Source: Bacteroidales bacterium UBA5536
Lineage (GTDB): Bacteria; Bacteroidota; Bacteroidia; Bacteroidales; F082
NCBI GenBank assembly: GCA_002426795.1
Contig: DINQ01000011.1
Span: 41,525-105,524, forward strand
Direction: 5' to 3'
DNA length: 64,000 nt
Numbering within the stretch: position 1 is the stretch's first letter; each line of letters opens with the position of its first letter. This document shows, in pieces, positions 8,001 to 16,978 of this stretch. The notes under the pieces are model-generated. The model was not told the origin of the DNA and searched no databases. It saw only the letters and a list, made by a program, of their open reading frames with translations. The position numbers were made by a program, and so were the translations under genes.

Positions 8001-9701
8001 TTAAGCAATAAGTACATAAGCCTAAGAGGACAAGTTAGTAAGGGAAGGTTTACGCACGATTCCATCAAGCAGAAAATAGCTGCAAATGTAGAAGATGGTA
8101 CTTATTGGGTAAGTTTTCCGGTGAAAAACTTCCAGCTGGTTCCTGCATCACGAGATCAAAAGCCTGCACCCGGCACAAAGGAAATTCTGCTCTTTGGCAA
8201 AGTGAATGGAGGCTTGTTTAGTAGCTATATTTTCGAAACCACCACCGACTTGCCTGATGGTCGCTACTGGCTGATATTAGAACCGGATACAACTACACCA
8301 GAATTTTTGAAAGCCCGCAATATACCTGAATCAAAAGCTGATAATGAGGTGTTTGTTGAAGGCGTAGTAGATGATTTGGGCAAATTTACCTCAGACCAGG
8401 ATCCTGATTTCAGCTTTAAAACTTCTCATGCCCCAGGCAAATATTTTGTTCGGTTTAGAGCTATGAAGACCGAGGGCTATTATCCACTACAAAATGACCC
8501 TCCTGTATTTGGTAAAAATGAAAATCTTGCTCTGGCATACACATGGGTAGATAAAGCCACTGGTGAAATCAAAATAGATGTACAAAAGAATCGTGAAGAC
8601 CAGCGTCACCATGCATTGGATGCCATTGTGGTTGCCATGAGTGAACTTAGCTATCTGAACCAGTTAAGTCGCTATTCAGGTCAAATCAAAGACTGGGAAC
8701 GTGGCAAGGATGAAAGACCTGTTTTTGATTTGCCCTGGTCTGAATTCTCTGATGCTGTAAATACTGCCATTGAACAGATTCTTGTGTCTTATGCACAAAA
8801 CAGAAAGGTGGTAAGCAAGATTAGTAAAATGGTTAATAAAGGGGGTAGAAGCTACAAAAGCTCTGGATTTGCAGCCAGAGGCCGTTTGCATAGAGAATTC
8901 TATTTTGGTCAGCACCCCAGACCTATTCTGCATCAAAAAAACCCGCAAACAGGAGATCTTTTATTTGAGAAAGATAAGTATGGAAACAAGCAGTACTATT
9001 ATCATATCCGAAAAGCGGTAACCACTATCCAGAACAACAAACATGTAGATAAGATCGTGGACGAAGCTATACGGCTATTGATAATCAGTAGACTTGAAAA
9101 GGAATACCATATTGATACCACTAAGCCATACAATATACCTTCCGATTTTTTTTACGACAAGGATAAAAAACCCAATTTATTCCTTCCAAATAAAAACGGC
9201 CATCCTGTGCCTGTAAAAAAAGTACGGATGCGCGAGAATATTGGGAATGCGGAACAACTAAAAAGTGATGTCAACCAATGGGTAAATCCCTACAACAATC
9301 ACCATGTGGTGATTTATGAAGACTTTGAGGGCAATTTACAGGAACAGGTAGTATCCTTGTGGGAGGTAGTCGAACGACTTAATCAGGGATTGAAAACTGT
9401 TCAATTGCCCGTGAATGGCAGACGAATAGTGGAAACCCTGCAGGAGAATGAGATGTTTTTGATTGGCCTGCCTCAAGATATGCGAGATAATCTGGATAAA
9501 AACTTGAATTCTGTCACAGCGCTTTCGCCTTACTTATATAGGGTGCAAAAAATATCGAGTATGTATTATACATTTCGTCAACATTTGGTTTCAAGTGTTT
9601 CAACGGAACAAGGTGAATTGAGCATAAGAAGTTTCAAAGCGTGGGAGGAGCTTAATCCTATTAGAGTTATAATAGATCAAACCGGAAAAATCAGTTTTTA
9701 G
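5097..9701 (+). CDS. cas9: CRISPR-associated endonuclease Cas9, type II-C, large variant (1534 aa)
   Basis: RuvC-I MAKKVLGLDLGTNSIGWA. Arg-rich bridge helix ERRQHRQARRLNFRKRIRK. RuvC-II IQVEFGRELK. HNH YQIEHIVPLS...GNKTLC...NREKG. RuvC-III DQRHHALDAIVVA. The ATG at 5097 is preferred over the TTG at 5073 used in the ORF track. Confidence 0.97.
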   Translation: MAKKVLGLDLGTNSIGWAIVDKENQKILDAGVRIFQEGVKKDTIGKGDKEESKNSERRQHRQARRLNFRKRIRKAHLLKLLIDNQMVPLTIEELNKWRYWNKNEKSSGKIFPHSEAFVNWLRMNPYLLRKKGLHEDLTLFEFGRILYHFIQRRGFMSNRKGKAKDTGVIYKGKENMDGVDETRELLQNRTLGEALFEIHPKEGEAFFIRKDIKGKEVRVRARYTLREMYVDEFDRLWEKQSARLGLTDKMVSIRRKVFLKGTINQKRNQNKLNHLIDRYGKGNVIVYDDSIGVLEKKPLKEVLAGKIESTEEGVRFKSNESVLFWQRPLRSQKSLLSKCSFESQKIFDKKLDKWIVIGKSPAYTSHPDFELFRAHQFINNIKIGKANHLLNDEQRADVLDLINSKDKAFEFKVIKKALKLPHEFFNYEDDFKVAGNKTHASVASVFSKKDWEEIKEEIWHDLVFYEDSDLLSAKLMRRYHLDEQSANKLSKIELEEGYASLSLKAIRNILPFLEMGYRYSTAVILGGVKNSFGERWERFSIVHDEIIRDVVRITENEKHKEFELVEQVKLYLSDPENKYGFNKDDKAFSKLYHPSQAIEKKALKTRLSEIENLRNPIVQKALYEMRRLINSLLDRYEEPNGDGFRFDRIQVEFGRELKNNKKRRQEMSIRNRENENKNALARERLSEYGLRPSRNNITKYLLYQEIEQKNGIVQCPYTGRTISISDLLGNENRYQIEHIVPLSVSLDDSYGNKTLCESNFNREKGELTPYEFYQRNSSRELWAASSWEEVEQRAYKLLPYSKAKRFTMMKKPGADDFIQRQLNDTRYISKKAAEMLSEICDDVRVLPGQLTAELRRLWGLNHLLRDPLLKSKNITVSTDGELEHFVVFDENGQVKQLLPAQNQKPSSGFPVLCMPGYIDKNGLFSEEKRYKQLRFEQNKTGFKEGKYWAKTELSNPLDFTLIFTARPPLSNKYISLRGQVSKGRFTHDSIKQKIAANVEDGTYWVSFPVKNFQLVPASRDQKPAPGTKEILLFGKVNGGLFSSYIFETTTDLPDGRYWLILEPDTTTPEFLKARNIPESKADNEVFVEGVVDDLGKFTSDQDPDFSFKTSHAPGKYFVRFRAMKTEGYYPLQNDPPVFGKNENLALAYTWVDKATGEIKIDVQKNREDQRHHALDAIVVAMSELSYLNQLSRYSGQIKDWERGKDERPVFDLPWSEFSDAVNTAIEQILVSYAQNRKVVSKISKMVNKGGRSYKSSGFAARGRLHREFYFGQHPRPILHQKNPQTGDLLFEKDKYGNKQYYYHIRKAVTTIQNNKHVDKIVDEAIRLLIISRLEKEYHIDTTKPYNIPSDFFYDKDKKPNLFLPNKNGHPVPVKKVRMRENIGNAEQLKSDVNQWVNPYNNHHVVIYEDFEGNLQEQVVSLWEVVERLNQGLKTVQLPVNGRRIVETLQENEMFLIGLPQDMRDNLDKNLNSVTALSPYLYRVQKISSMYYTFRQHLVSSVSTEQGELSIRSFKAWEELNPIRVIIDQTGKISF

Positions 9702-9704
9702 GTC

Positions 9705-10595
9705 ATGATAAGGCGAACCATCTTTATCAGTAATCCTGTCCGTTTGTCACTCAAAGATCAGCAAATGAAGATTGAGGTAAAAGAGAGCGGACAACAAACC
9801 TCCATACCTATTGAAGACGTTGGTTTTTTGGTAGTTGAAAACATGCAAGCCAGTGTGAGTGTGCCGTTATTGGCTGCATTGAATGAACAGAATGTGGGTG
9901 TGATTTTTTGCAATGCAAGCCATATGCCTTCTTCAATGTTGCTTACGCTGGACAGCCACAGTGTGCAAACTGAAATTTTTGCCTTACAGCTGAATGCCAG
10001 CGAACCGTTGAAGAAACAACTCTGGCAGCAAACTATCAAAGCAAAAATCCGAAATCAGAATTTTCATCTTTTGTCAAGAGGTATCGAAGCGCCTGGTTTG
10101 GCCAATCTGGTGAAACAGGTGCAAAGTGGCGACACCACCAACCGTGAGGGTATGGCCGCGCGTATCTATTGGCAAAGTTTGATGGGCAAAGGTTTTGTGC
10201 GCGACAGAAACGGTAGCCCTCCCAATTTTGTGTTTAATTATATCTACATTGTACTGCGTGCTGCTGTAGCACGTGCATTGGCAGGCTCTGGGCTGCTTCC
10301 GGCGATGGGAATCCACCATCACAATCGATATAATAGCTTTTGTTTAGCAGACGATATCATGGAACCTTACCGTCCCTTTGCAGATCAATTGGTGATGGAA
10401 CTGATTGAAGAAGAACCTGAACTGACAGTCTTGGAAACAGTGCACAAAATGAAGCTTCTAAAGTTGTTGCAGGCTGATGTAAGCACAGGAAAGCAAAAGC
10501 GGCCATTACTACTTGCGTTGAGTGAAACCACAGCATCACTTGCCCGGTGTTTCAGGGGTGAATCGAGAGAAATTACTTATCCCAAAATAAATTGA
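9705..10595 (+). CDS. cas1: CRISPR-associated endonuclease Cas1 (type II)
   Basis: 296 aa, starting 3 nt after the cas9 stop. Its length and position between cas9 and cas2 are typical of type II Cas1. Contains the acidic/His C-terminal core (GIHHHNRYNSFCLADDIMEPYRP). Confidence 0.93.
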   Translation: MIRRTIFISNPVRLSLKDQQMKIEVKESGQQTSIPIEDVGFLVVENMQASVSVPLLAALNEQNVGVIFCNASHMPSSMLLTLDSHSVQTEIFALQLNASEPLKKQLWQQTIKAKIRNQNFHLLSRGIEAPGLANLVKQVQSGDTTNREGMAARIYWQSLMGKGFVRDRNGSPPNFVFNYIYIVLRAAVARALAGSGLLPAMGIHHHNRYNSFCLADDIMEPYRPFADQLVMELIEEEPELTVLETVHKMKLLKLLQADVSTGKQKRPLLLALSETTASLARCFRGESREITYPKIN

Positions 10596-10937
10596 TTGGT
10601 GCAATGTACCCGACTAAATGCGTATCAGGTTATGTGGCTCTTTGTATTTTTCGATTTGCCGGTTACAACCAAAAAAGAACGCAAAGCGGCTACGCTATTT
10701 CGAAAAAAATTGGAAAAAGACGGATTCTATATGATGCAGTTTTCAGTTTATACCCGACATTGTGCCAGTCGAGAAAGTGCAGATGTACATACTAAACGTG
10801 TAAAAAGTGAGATACCAGAATATGGACAAGTTAGCATATTAATGATAACAGATAAACAGTATGCAGAAATATTGAATTATTTTGCACACAAGATGATTGA
10901 GCTGCCATCTGGAGGGCAACAATTAGAACTGTTTTAA
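10596..10937 (+). CDS. cas2: CRISPR-associated endoribonuclease Cas2
   Basis: 113 aa. RLNAYQVMWLFVFFDLPV is the typical type II Cas2 N-terminal beta-strand with the catalytic Asp. It abuts the cas1 stop. The start is TTG at 10596 or GTG at 10599. Confidence 0.9.
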   Translation: MVQCTRLNAYQVMWLFVFFDLPVTTKKERKAATLFRKKLEKDGFYMMQFSVYTRHCASRESADVHTKRVKSEIPEYGQVSILMITDKQYAEILNYFAHKMIELPSGGQQLELF

Positions 10938-11070
10938 TTGTATATTTGTTCTTTGAAATACTGTAGAAAAAAAAAAGTGATTTCTGAATCTTCACTTCTT
11001 GTTTGACATATGTTTTTTTTGATATAAAACAGTCTGAAAGCCTTGTAAATTAAGGCTAATGAGTCGGCAG
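10938..11070 (+). promoter_or_regulatory. CRISPR leader (133 nt, AT-rich) with a candidate -7 box TATATTTG at 10941-10948
   Basis: It lies between the cas2 stop and the first repeat, and the degenerate repeat is at the opposite end of the array. There is one exact TAnnTTTG match but no properly spaced -33 TTTG. Confidence 0.55.
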
Positions 11071-13739
11071 GTTGTGATTTGATTAGGAATTCAAGCTTAA
11101 GACATTTGAAATGTATAGGCGGCGCTGCTGGTTTTAGTTGTGATTTGATTAGGAATTCAAGCTTAAGACATTTGCAATGGCACAGGGCAGGTGCAATACA
11201 ACGTTGTGATTTGATTAGGAATTCAAGCTTAAGACATTAATCAGCACATTAATAAAAATAGCCGGTGAGTTGTGATTTGATTAGGAATTCAAGCTTAAGA
11301 CATTAATGAACGACCTAAAAAAACTACTCAACAAGTTGTGATTTGATTAGGAATTCAAGCTTAAGACATTAAAAGTACACCAGCACAACAAAACCGAACT
11401 GTTGTGATTTGATTAGGAATTCAAGCTTAAGACATTCTTTACGGGGCGCTTGCTTCCGGGTGCCGAGTTGTGATTTGATTAGGAATTCAAGCTTAAGACA
11501 TTACAACTTTGAAATTAACCTTCCATTAACCCGTTGTGATTTGATTAGGAATTCAAGCTTAAGACATTAAAACTTTGCAAAATGAAATTGCAAGCCTAGT
11601 TGTGATTTGATTAGGAATTCAAGCTTAAGACATTAATGCAAAAATTATCATTCGTCTCGAACTTGTTGTGATTTGATTAGGAATTCAAGCTTAAGACATT
11701 GGACAAGTAGGCATTGAGTATGACATTATGGTTGTGATTTGATTAGGAATTCAAGCTTAAGACATTTGATGTCGCGCATGAATGGGATACGTCTGGGTTG
11801 TGATTTGATTAGGAATTCAAGCTTAAGACATTTCCGGCTCTTTTTACTTGAGCATATTCACGGTTGTGATTTGATTAGGAATTCAAGCTTAAGACATTTT
11901 TTTTTCTAAGCTCGAGGAGTACATGTGTTGTGATTTGATTAGGAATTCAAGCTTAAGACATTCCAGAACCGAACGCGACGGGCAGCACGTTTGTTGTGAT
12001 TTGATTAGGAATTCAAGCTTAAGACATTGTTGGTGCTTTGCGCGCTGATTCGATAAGGGTTGTGATTTGATTAGGAATTCAAGCTTAAGACATTATCATT
12101 TTTTTCGTGCCACAGCCCGACGGCGTTGTGATTTGATTAGGAATTCAAGCTTAAGACATTAGAGAGTATTTGCAAAATTGTCCGTTCAGGTTGTGATTTG
12201 ATTAGGAATTCAAGCTTAAGACATTTATGCTTACTTCATCGAGCGGTTTGATTTTGTTGTGATTTGATTAGGAATTCAAGCTTAAGACATTGGTGCGGTC
12301 GAAACGGTTGAGGCGCTGCAGTTGTGATTTGATTAGGAATTCAAGCTTAAGACATTCCGCCAATCCACATCAATGCTTTTTGCCACGTTGTGATTTGATT
12401 AGGAATTCAAGCTTAAGACATTTCTTTACTGTCTGCAAAATATTGTTTAATAGTTGTGATTTGATTAGGAATTCAAGCTTAAGACATTAGACTGCCAGCG
12501 CGTTACAATCGAAACACAGTTGTGATTTGATTAGGAATTCAAGCTTAAGACATTCCTGAGTTTCATAAGGCACTTAACGCTATTGTTGTGATTTGATTAG
12601 GAATTCAAGCTTAAGACATTCTCGATCGCTTCAATTGCCGCGTGGTTGAGGTTGTGATTTGATTAGGAATTCAAGCTTAAGACATTAATCAAAACAATTT
12701 TGCTGTGGTTTTTAGTTGTTGTGATTTGATTAGGAATTCAAGCTTAAGACATTCTTCCGATTTTACCACCTTACGTAGCAGGGTTGTGATTTGATTAGGA
12801 ATTCAAGCTTAAGACATTTACGATTTGGAAAACGTTCGACTGCTGCCTGTTGTGATTTGATTAGGAATTCAAGCTTAAGACATTCATTTCGTCGTCGGCC
12901 TGCTTACCGTTCATGTTGTGATTTGATTAGGAATTCAAGCTTAAGACATTTTAAGCGTGTAGTATCATGGAAGAGTTAAGTTGTGATTTGATTAGGAATT
13001 CAAGCTTAAGACATTGTGGAGGTGATGAAGAGCTAACCACACCCCGTTGTGATTTGATTAGGAATTCAAGCTTAAGACATTTCAGAACCATGCCACATGC
13101 ACTCATGCCGTGTTGTGATTTGATTAGGAATTCAAGCTTAAGACATTCTGGTAGAATGAATTTAATGTCCATAACCTGTTGTGATTTGATTAGGAATTCA
13201 AGCTTAAGACATTCTGTTTTACTTCGTGTTGTTGGCTCATTAGTTGTGATTTGATTAGGAATTCAAGCTTAAGACATTAAACATGATCGCAACCATGAGG
13301 AAAACCGCGTTGTGATTTGATTAGGAATTCAAGCTTAAGACATTCAGCCGCCGACAACACCAAAACCGGAACCAGTTGTGATTTGATTAGGAATTCAAGC
13401 TTAAGACATTTCCTATCGATCACGCTCTTATGCACAAATGGTTGTGATTTGATTAGGAATTCAAGCTTAAGACATTGTATTGGAAAGGCTTGTGAGTTCG
13501 GTTGCTGTTGTGATTTGATTAGGAATTCAAGCTTAAGACATTTCGGTCCATTTTTCGTTGTAAGCGATAGTGTTGTGATTTGATTAGGAATTCAAGCTTA
13601 AGACATTAATAGAAGCACCCACCAAAAGCTGGCAGAAGTTGTGATTTGATTAGGAATTCAAGCTTAAGACATTTCAAGTTCGATGCTGTTCGTGATCTCG
13701 TGAGTTGTGATTTGGTTAGGAAGTCAAGTCTACTTCCCT
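11071..13739 (+). CRISPR. CRISPR array: 40 identical 36-nt repeats GTTGTGATTTGATTAGGAATTCAAGCTTAAGACATT plus one degenerate terminal repeat; 40 spacers
   Basis: I located all 41 repeat starts by reading, from 11071, 11137 and 11203 through 13638 to the degenerate copy at 13704. Spacer lengths are 32 of 30 nt, 6 of 29 nt, 1 of 28 nt and 1 of 31 nt. Orientation follows from tracrRNA complementarity and the terminal degenerate repeat. Confidence 0.98.
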
Positions 13740-15559
13740 AATCCACTGATCCTGCTGGCATTCCAGGTTCCGGCTCCGGTTGTACCGGCGCCATCTGGTC
13801 CATACGTCCAGCTCCCTACGCCTACACCTGAGCTGTAGAAAGTACCGCTATAATTGAATATATTCTGCGGTGTTGTCCATGCTGCATAGCCATCATCATT
13901 CAACACACCAATCCCGTAATCGCCCCAGCCTAACAGGTCATGACCCTGTATGCCCATTTCGGACGTCATATTGTAGGGGGCCGAAAATCCCTCGTTTACA
14001 AGTGTACCGGTCATCGAAAATGTCCAGGTTCCATCATAAGGACCTGTCTGAACGCTGTTTGCTTCCTGGGTGATTGTAAAGCTTTTATCCGCAACCTGGA
14101 TGGTGCCCGATCTTTCTTCGGTCAGTCCGTTTGCCAGTACCGAATAGCTGACTTCACCGTTTCCGCTGCCCGATGCCCCGTTTGTGACGGTGATCCATTC
14201 AGCCACCGACACAGCCGTCCATGCACAGCCATTGTCTGTTGATACCGCAAAGGAGCCGCTTCCTCCGTTTGCAGCTATCTGCACAGAACTCGCAGATAAC
14301 CCAAAGGCACAATCAGCAGCTGACAACACATTGCCAAAGGCTTCGCCAAGTGAAGTGCAGCCGTCGATCAGGCTTTTGATTGCGCCGGACGCGTCAGGAT
14401 AAATCTGGTCCGTCACAATGCCACGCAGCATCTCTTCGATACGGCCCACGCCTTGCTGAACAGCCTGAGTGGCAGCCTGGCTATTCACATTGGCAAGGGC
14501 AGCTCCCGTCACAACCTCTAGCCCGCCAGTTCCAATTGTAGCATACAAGATGGCTGCAGCAGGCAAGGCCAGTGCAGCTGCAACCGGTATTTCTGCTGCC
14601 AGGCCAGTCAAAGCAATAAAACCAATTGCCACGCTGCCGGCACCAAAGATCACCTTACCTGCCGTATTGATGGCATCGGGCAGTGAGGAAGCCACGCACT
14701 GCATATGGTTGGAGACAGCGCCGTTGTTGATGCCGGCGCCCAAATCGCCCGTAACATTGTAAGCACTTTCGCTACATGGATTATAAAGCATGGCTTTTTC
14801 AGTATGAATCAGGCCAATTTGATCGGATAAATTCGACTCGCTTAGCGTGTAATAGAGTGCCTGTAAAAACCTGTCGCACTGGGCGAGTTGCGAAACACTG
14901 ATGTTTATTTCGAAGCCGTTGATCGTGCCAAAATGATAGGTTAACTGAGGATCGTCGGATGTATTTACCAGCTTATGGAGATCGGCATGCAGTTTTTCGA
15001 GGTTGTTCAGGTTGGCGCCCAAAGTGAAGAGCATATCAGGATTGGCATGCCCGCTGTTGGCAACCTCCATCTGTAGCTGTTTCAGGTAGTTGATCTGTTC
15101 TTCGAGAAAGACAATAGTCGCCTCACCCGGTTTTGCGTTCACGACAGGCAAATCTTTTATGATAAAACTATTGATGATATTGGAGCCACGTTCGATCAGT
15201 GCATTTTTGTCAATGAGTTGCACGTCCACTGTACCTTCAGCAAACTGACCACTTGTGGCATCGACAAAGGGAGGTACAGCCACCACCAGCTTCCCGGCAG
15301 CATTCTGCAAAACAGGCACATCCACTGAATAACCTGCCTGATCCGAAAAACGTACCCAAAGCTGTTCCCCCTCAACAAATCCCACGCCCTGAATGACCAG
15401 CAGCGAAGTTGGTATGGCAGAGTGGCTGCTCATATTTTGAATCCTGAAAGAATTGTCAGGTGGTGTATCGCCATCATCCTTGCCTGCAGGTTTACAGCTG
15501 ATAACGGTTGTTACAACGATGAAAAACAGTGAAACCAAAAAGCCTACATGCGTTTTCAT
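13730..15559 (-). CDS. hypothetical lipoprotein with an internal Gly/Ala-rich hydrophobic hairpin and a BACON-like domain
   Basis: 609 aa. Signal peptide plus lipobox (VISCKP). Hydrophobic stretch GKVIFGAGSVAIGFIALTGLAAEIPVAAALALPAAAILYATIGTGGLEVVTGAALA. BACON-like segment LSASSVQIAANGGSGSFAVSTDNGCAWTAVSVAEWITV...RSGTIQVADKSFTITQ. Confidence 0.6.
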   Translation of the reverse strand: MKTHVGFLVSLFFIVVTTVISCKPAGKDDGDTPPDNSFRIQNMSSHSAIPTSLLVIQGVGFVEGEQLWVRFSDQAGYSVDVPVLQNAAGKLVVAVPPFVDATSGQFAEGTVDVQLIDKNALIERGSNIINSFIIKDLPVVNAKPGEATIVFLEEQINYLKQLQMEVANSGHANPDMLFTLGANLNNLEKLHADLHKLVNTSDDPQLTYHFGTINGFEINISVSQLAQCDRFLQALYYTLSESNLSDQIGLIHTEKAMLYNPCSESAYNVTGDLGAGINNGAVSNHMQCVASSLPDAINTAGKVIFGAGSVAIGFIALTGLAAEIPVAAALALPAAAILYATIGTGGLEVVTGAALANVNSQAATQAVQQGVGRIEEMLRGIVTDQIYPDASGAIKSLIDGCTSLGEAFGNVLSAADCAFGLSASSVQIAANGGSGSFAVSTDNGCAWTAVSVAEWITVTNGASGSGNGEVSYSVLANGLTEERSGTIQVADKSFTITQEANSVQTGPYDGTWTFSMTGTLVNEGFSAPYNMTSEMGIQGHDLLGWGDYGIGVLNDDGYAAWTTPQNIFNYSGTFYSSGVGVGSWTYGPDGAGTTGAGTWNASRISGLGK

Positions 15560-15964
15560 AGGTCACTTTTTAAGATTAGAAACCAGACGTTTAGATGATC
15601 TCTGTGGGTCAGGATGTCAAAAAAACCAATGTAAAGTTACAGCATTTGTGAGCTGTTATCATTTCTCTAAAAAATATTTTTCAGAGGTTCATTTGACAGA
15701 AATTGCGGTAGCGAAAACAATTGAAAAAAGAAGAGTCAGCAGCTTATCACTCCTTATTATTTGGCAATGATAAAAGAGTATACCTGGGCACCAAGATTGG
15801 GTGCTTCGAAGCTACAGGCTCACAAAAAAACCACCGAAAATAAGAAATGTAGTATTTTCGCACACAGTTGTCAGTCAACAGAATAACGTTTGTATCAGGA
15901 AAAGATCAGAAGATTAAAATTAGTATAAAAACTTGACTTTTAAACACATAAATCCCCAATCCCC

Positions 15965-16975
15965 TTGCCCATTCACCTCAGTCTTGGCCCCTTCCAGGGC
16001 ATAACCGACAGGATCTACCGCAACACAATCATGGAGTTGTTTGGGGGGATTGATAAATTGTACACACCCTTTTTTACCGGCATCCATAAAGACAACAGCC
16101 GCAGTCTGCGCAGCGATGAGATTGATCCGGATTGCAATGATGTTGCTTCGCTCACACCGCAGATTCTGAGCAATGACGCCACCGAAATGATTCGCTTTGC
16201 CGATCAGTGTGGCGGGTTTGGCTATCGCGAAATCAACCTGAATCTGGGTTGCCCCTATCCGCGCGTGGCCAAAAAGAAAAGAGGAAGCGGCTTACTGCCC
16301 CATCATGAGCAAGTGGATGAAATATTGGCTCAATATTTTGCCCATTCGAATATGCGTCTGAGTATCAAATGCCGCCTGGGCTATGAATCGCCCGAAGATA
16401 TCCATGAACTGACAAAAGTATTCAACCGCTACCCAATCAGCGAGCTGATCGTTCACGCACGCCTTGGCAGGCAATTATACAAAGGTGCGGTACTGGAAGA
16501 GGAATTCAGACAGTTGATTCCACAGATCAACACCACTCTCTGGTACAATGGTGATGTGTTTTCGGCAGCCGATGCCAGGCGCTTTGAATCACTTTTTCAG
16601 CCTGTTGATCATTTTATGCTGGGACGTGGTTTGCTTGCCGATCCCTTCCTTGCCCTCGACATCAAAGGGATTTCTTCGCCAACAACCGACCGTAAAAAAG
16701 CCGTTCATGACTTCACTGAGCAGTTATACCTTGCCCGCCGCGAAGCAAGCAACAGCAATCCGCGCGTCATTGGCCGGATGAAAGAGCTTTGGAGCTACCT
16801 CATGTGGTCTTTCGAAACACCTCAGCCTATTTGGCGGCTGATCAGGAAAACAAACAGTTTCGAAGCTTACGAAAGTGCTGTTGAGCAGGTTTTTGACCAG
16901 CACCATTGGGTAGGTGCCGGTTTTGGCAGGGCAAATGGCTTTTCGCAGGAATCGCTTGTAAACGAAGAGATTTAG
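15965..16975 (+). CDS. tRNA-dihydrouridine synthase family protein
   Basis: Motifs FQGITD, INLNLGCPYPRVAKKKRGSGLL (catalytic Cys loop), IKCRLG and LIVHARLG. The exact start is uncertain because the ORF begins with a non-ATG codon. Confidence 0.8.
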   Translation: MPIHLSLGPFQGITDRIYRNTIMELFGGIDKLYTPFFTGIHKDNSRSLRSDEIDPDCNDVASLTPQILSNDATEMIRFADQCGGFGYREINLNLGCPYPRVAKKKRGSGLLPHHEQVDEILAQYFAHSNMRLSIKCRLGYESPEDIHELTKVFNRYPISELIVHARLGRQLYKGAVLEEEFRQLIPQINTTLWYNGDVFSAADARRFESLFQPVDHFMLGRGLLADPFLALDIKGISSPTTDRKKAVHDFTEQLYLARREASNSNPRVIGRMKELWSYLMWSFETPQPIWRLIRKTNSFEAYESAVEQVFDQHHWVGAGFGRANGFSQESLVNEEI

Positions 16976-16978
16976 TCC

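Noticed and set aside
11002-11030. TTTG (11002-11005) plus TATAAAAC (11023-11030) in the leader as a pre-crRNA promoter
   Set aside because: The downstream element does not match TAnnTTTG. Only the -7 box at 10941-10948 is retained, at low confidence.
12290-13583. ORFs 12290..12490, 12791..12979, 12951..13172, 12967..13254 and 13317..13583, which encode the repeated peptide CDLIRNSSLRH
   Set aside because: They are translations of the CRISPR repeats. The periodic peptide is an artefact of the array.
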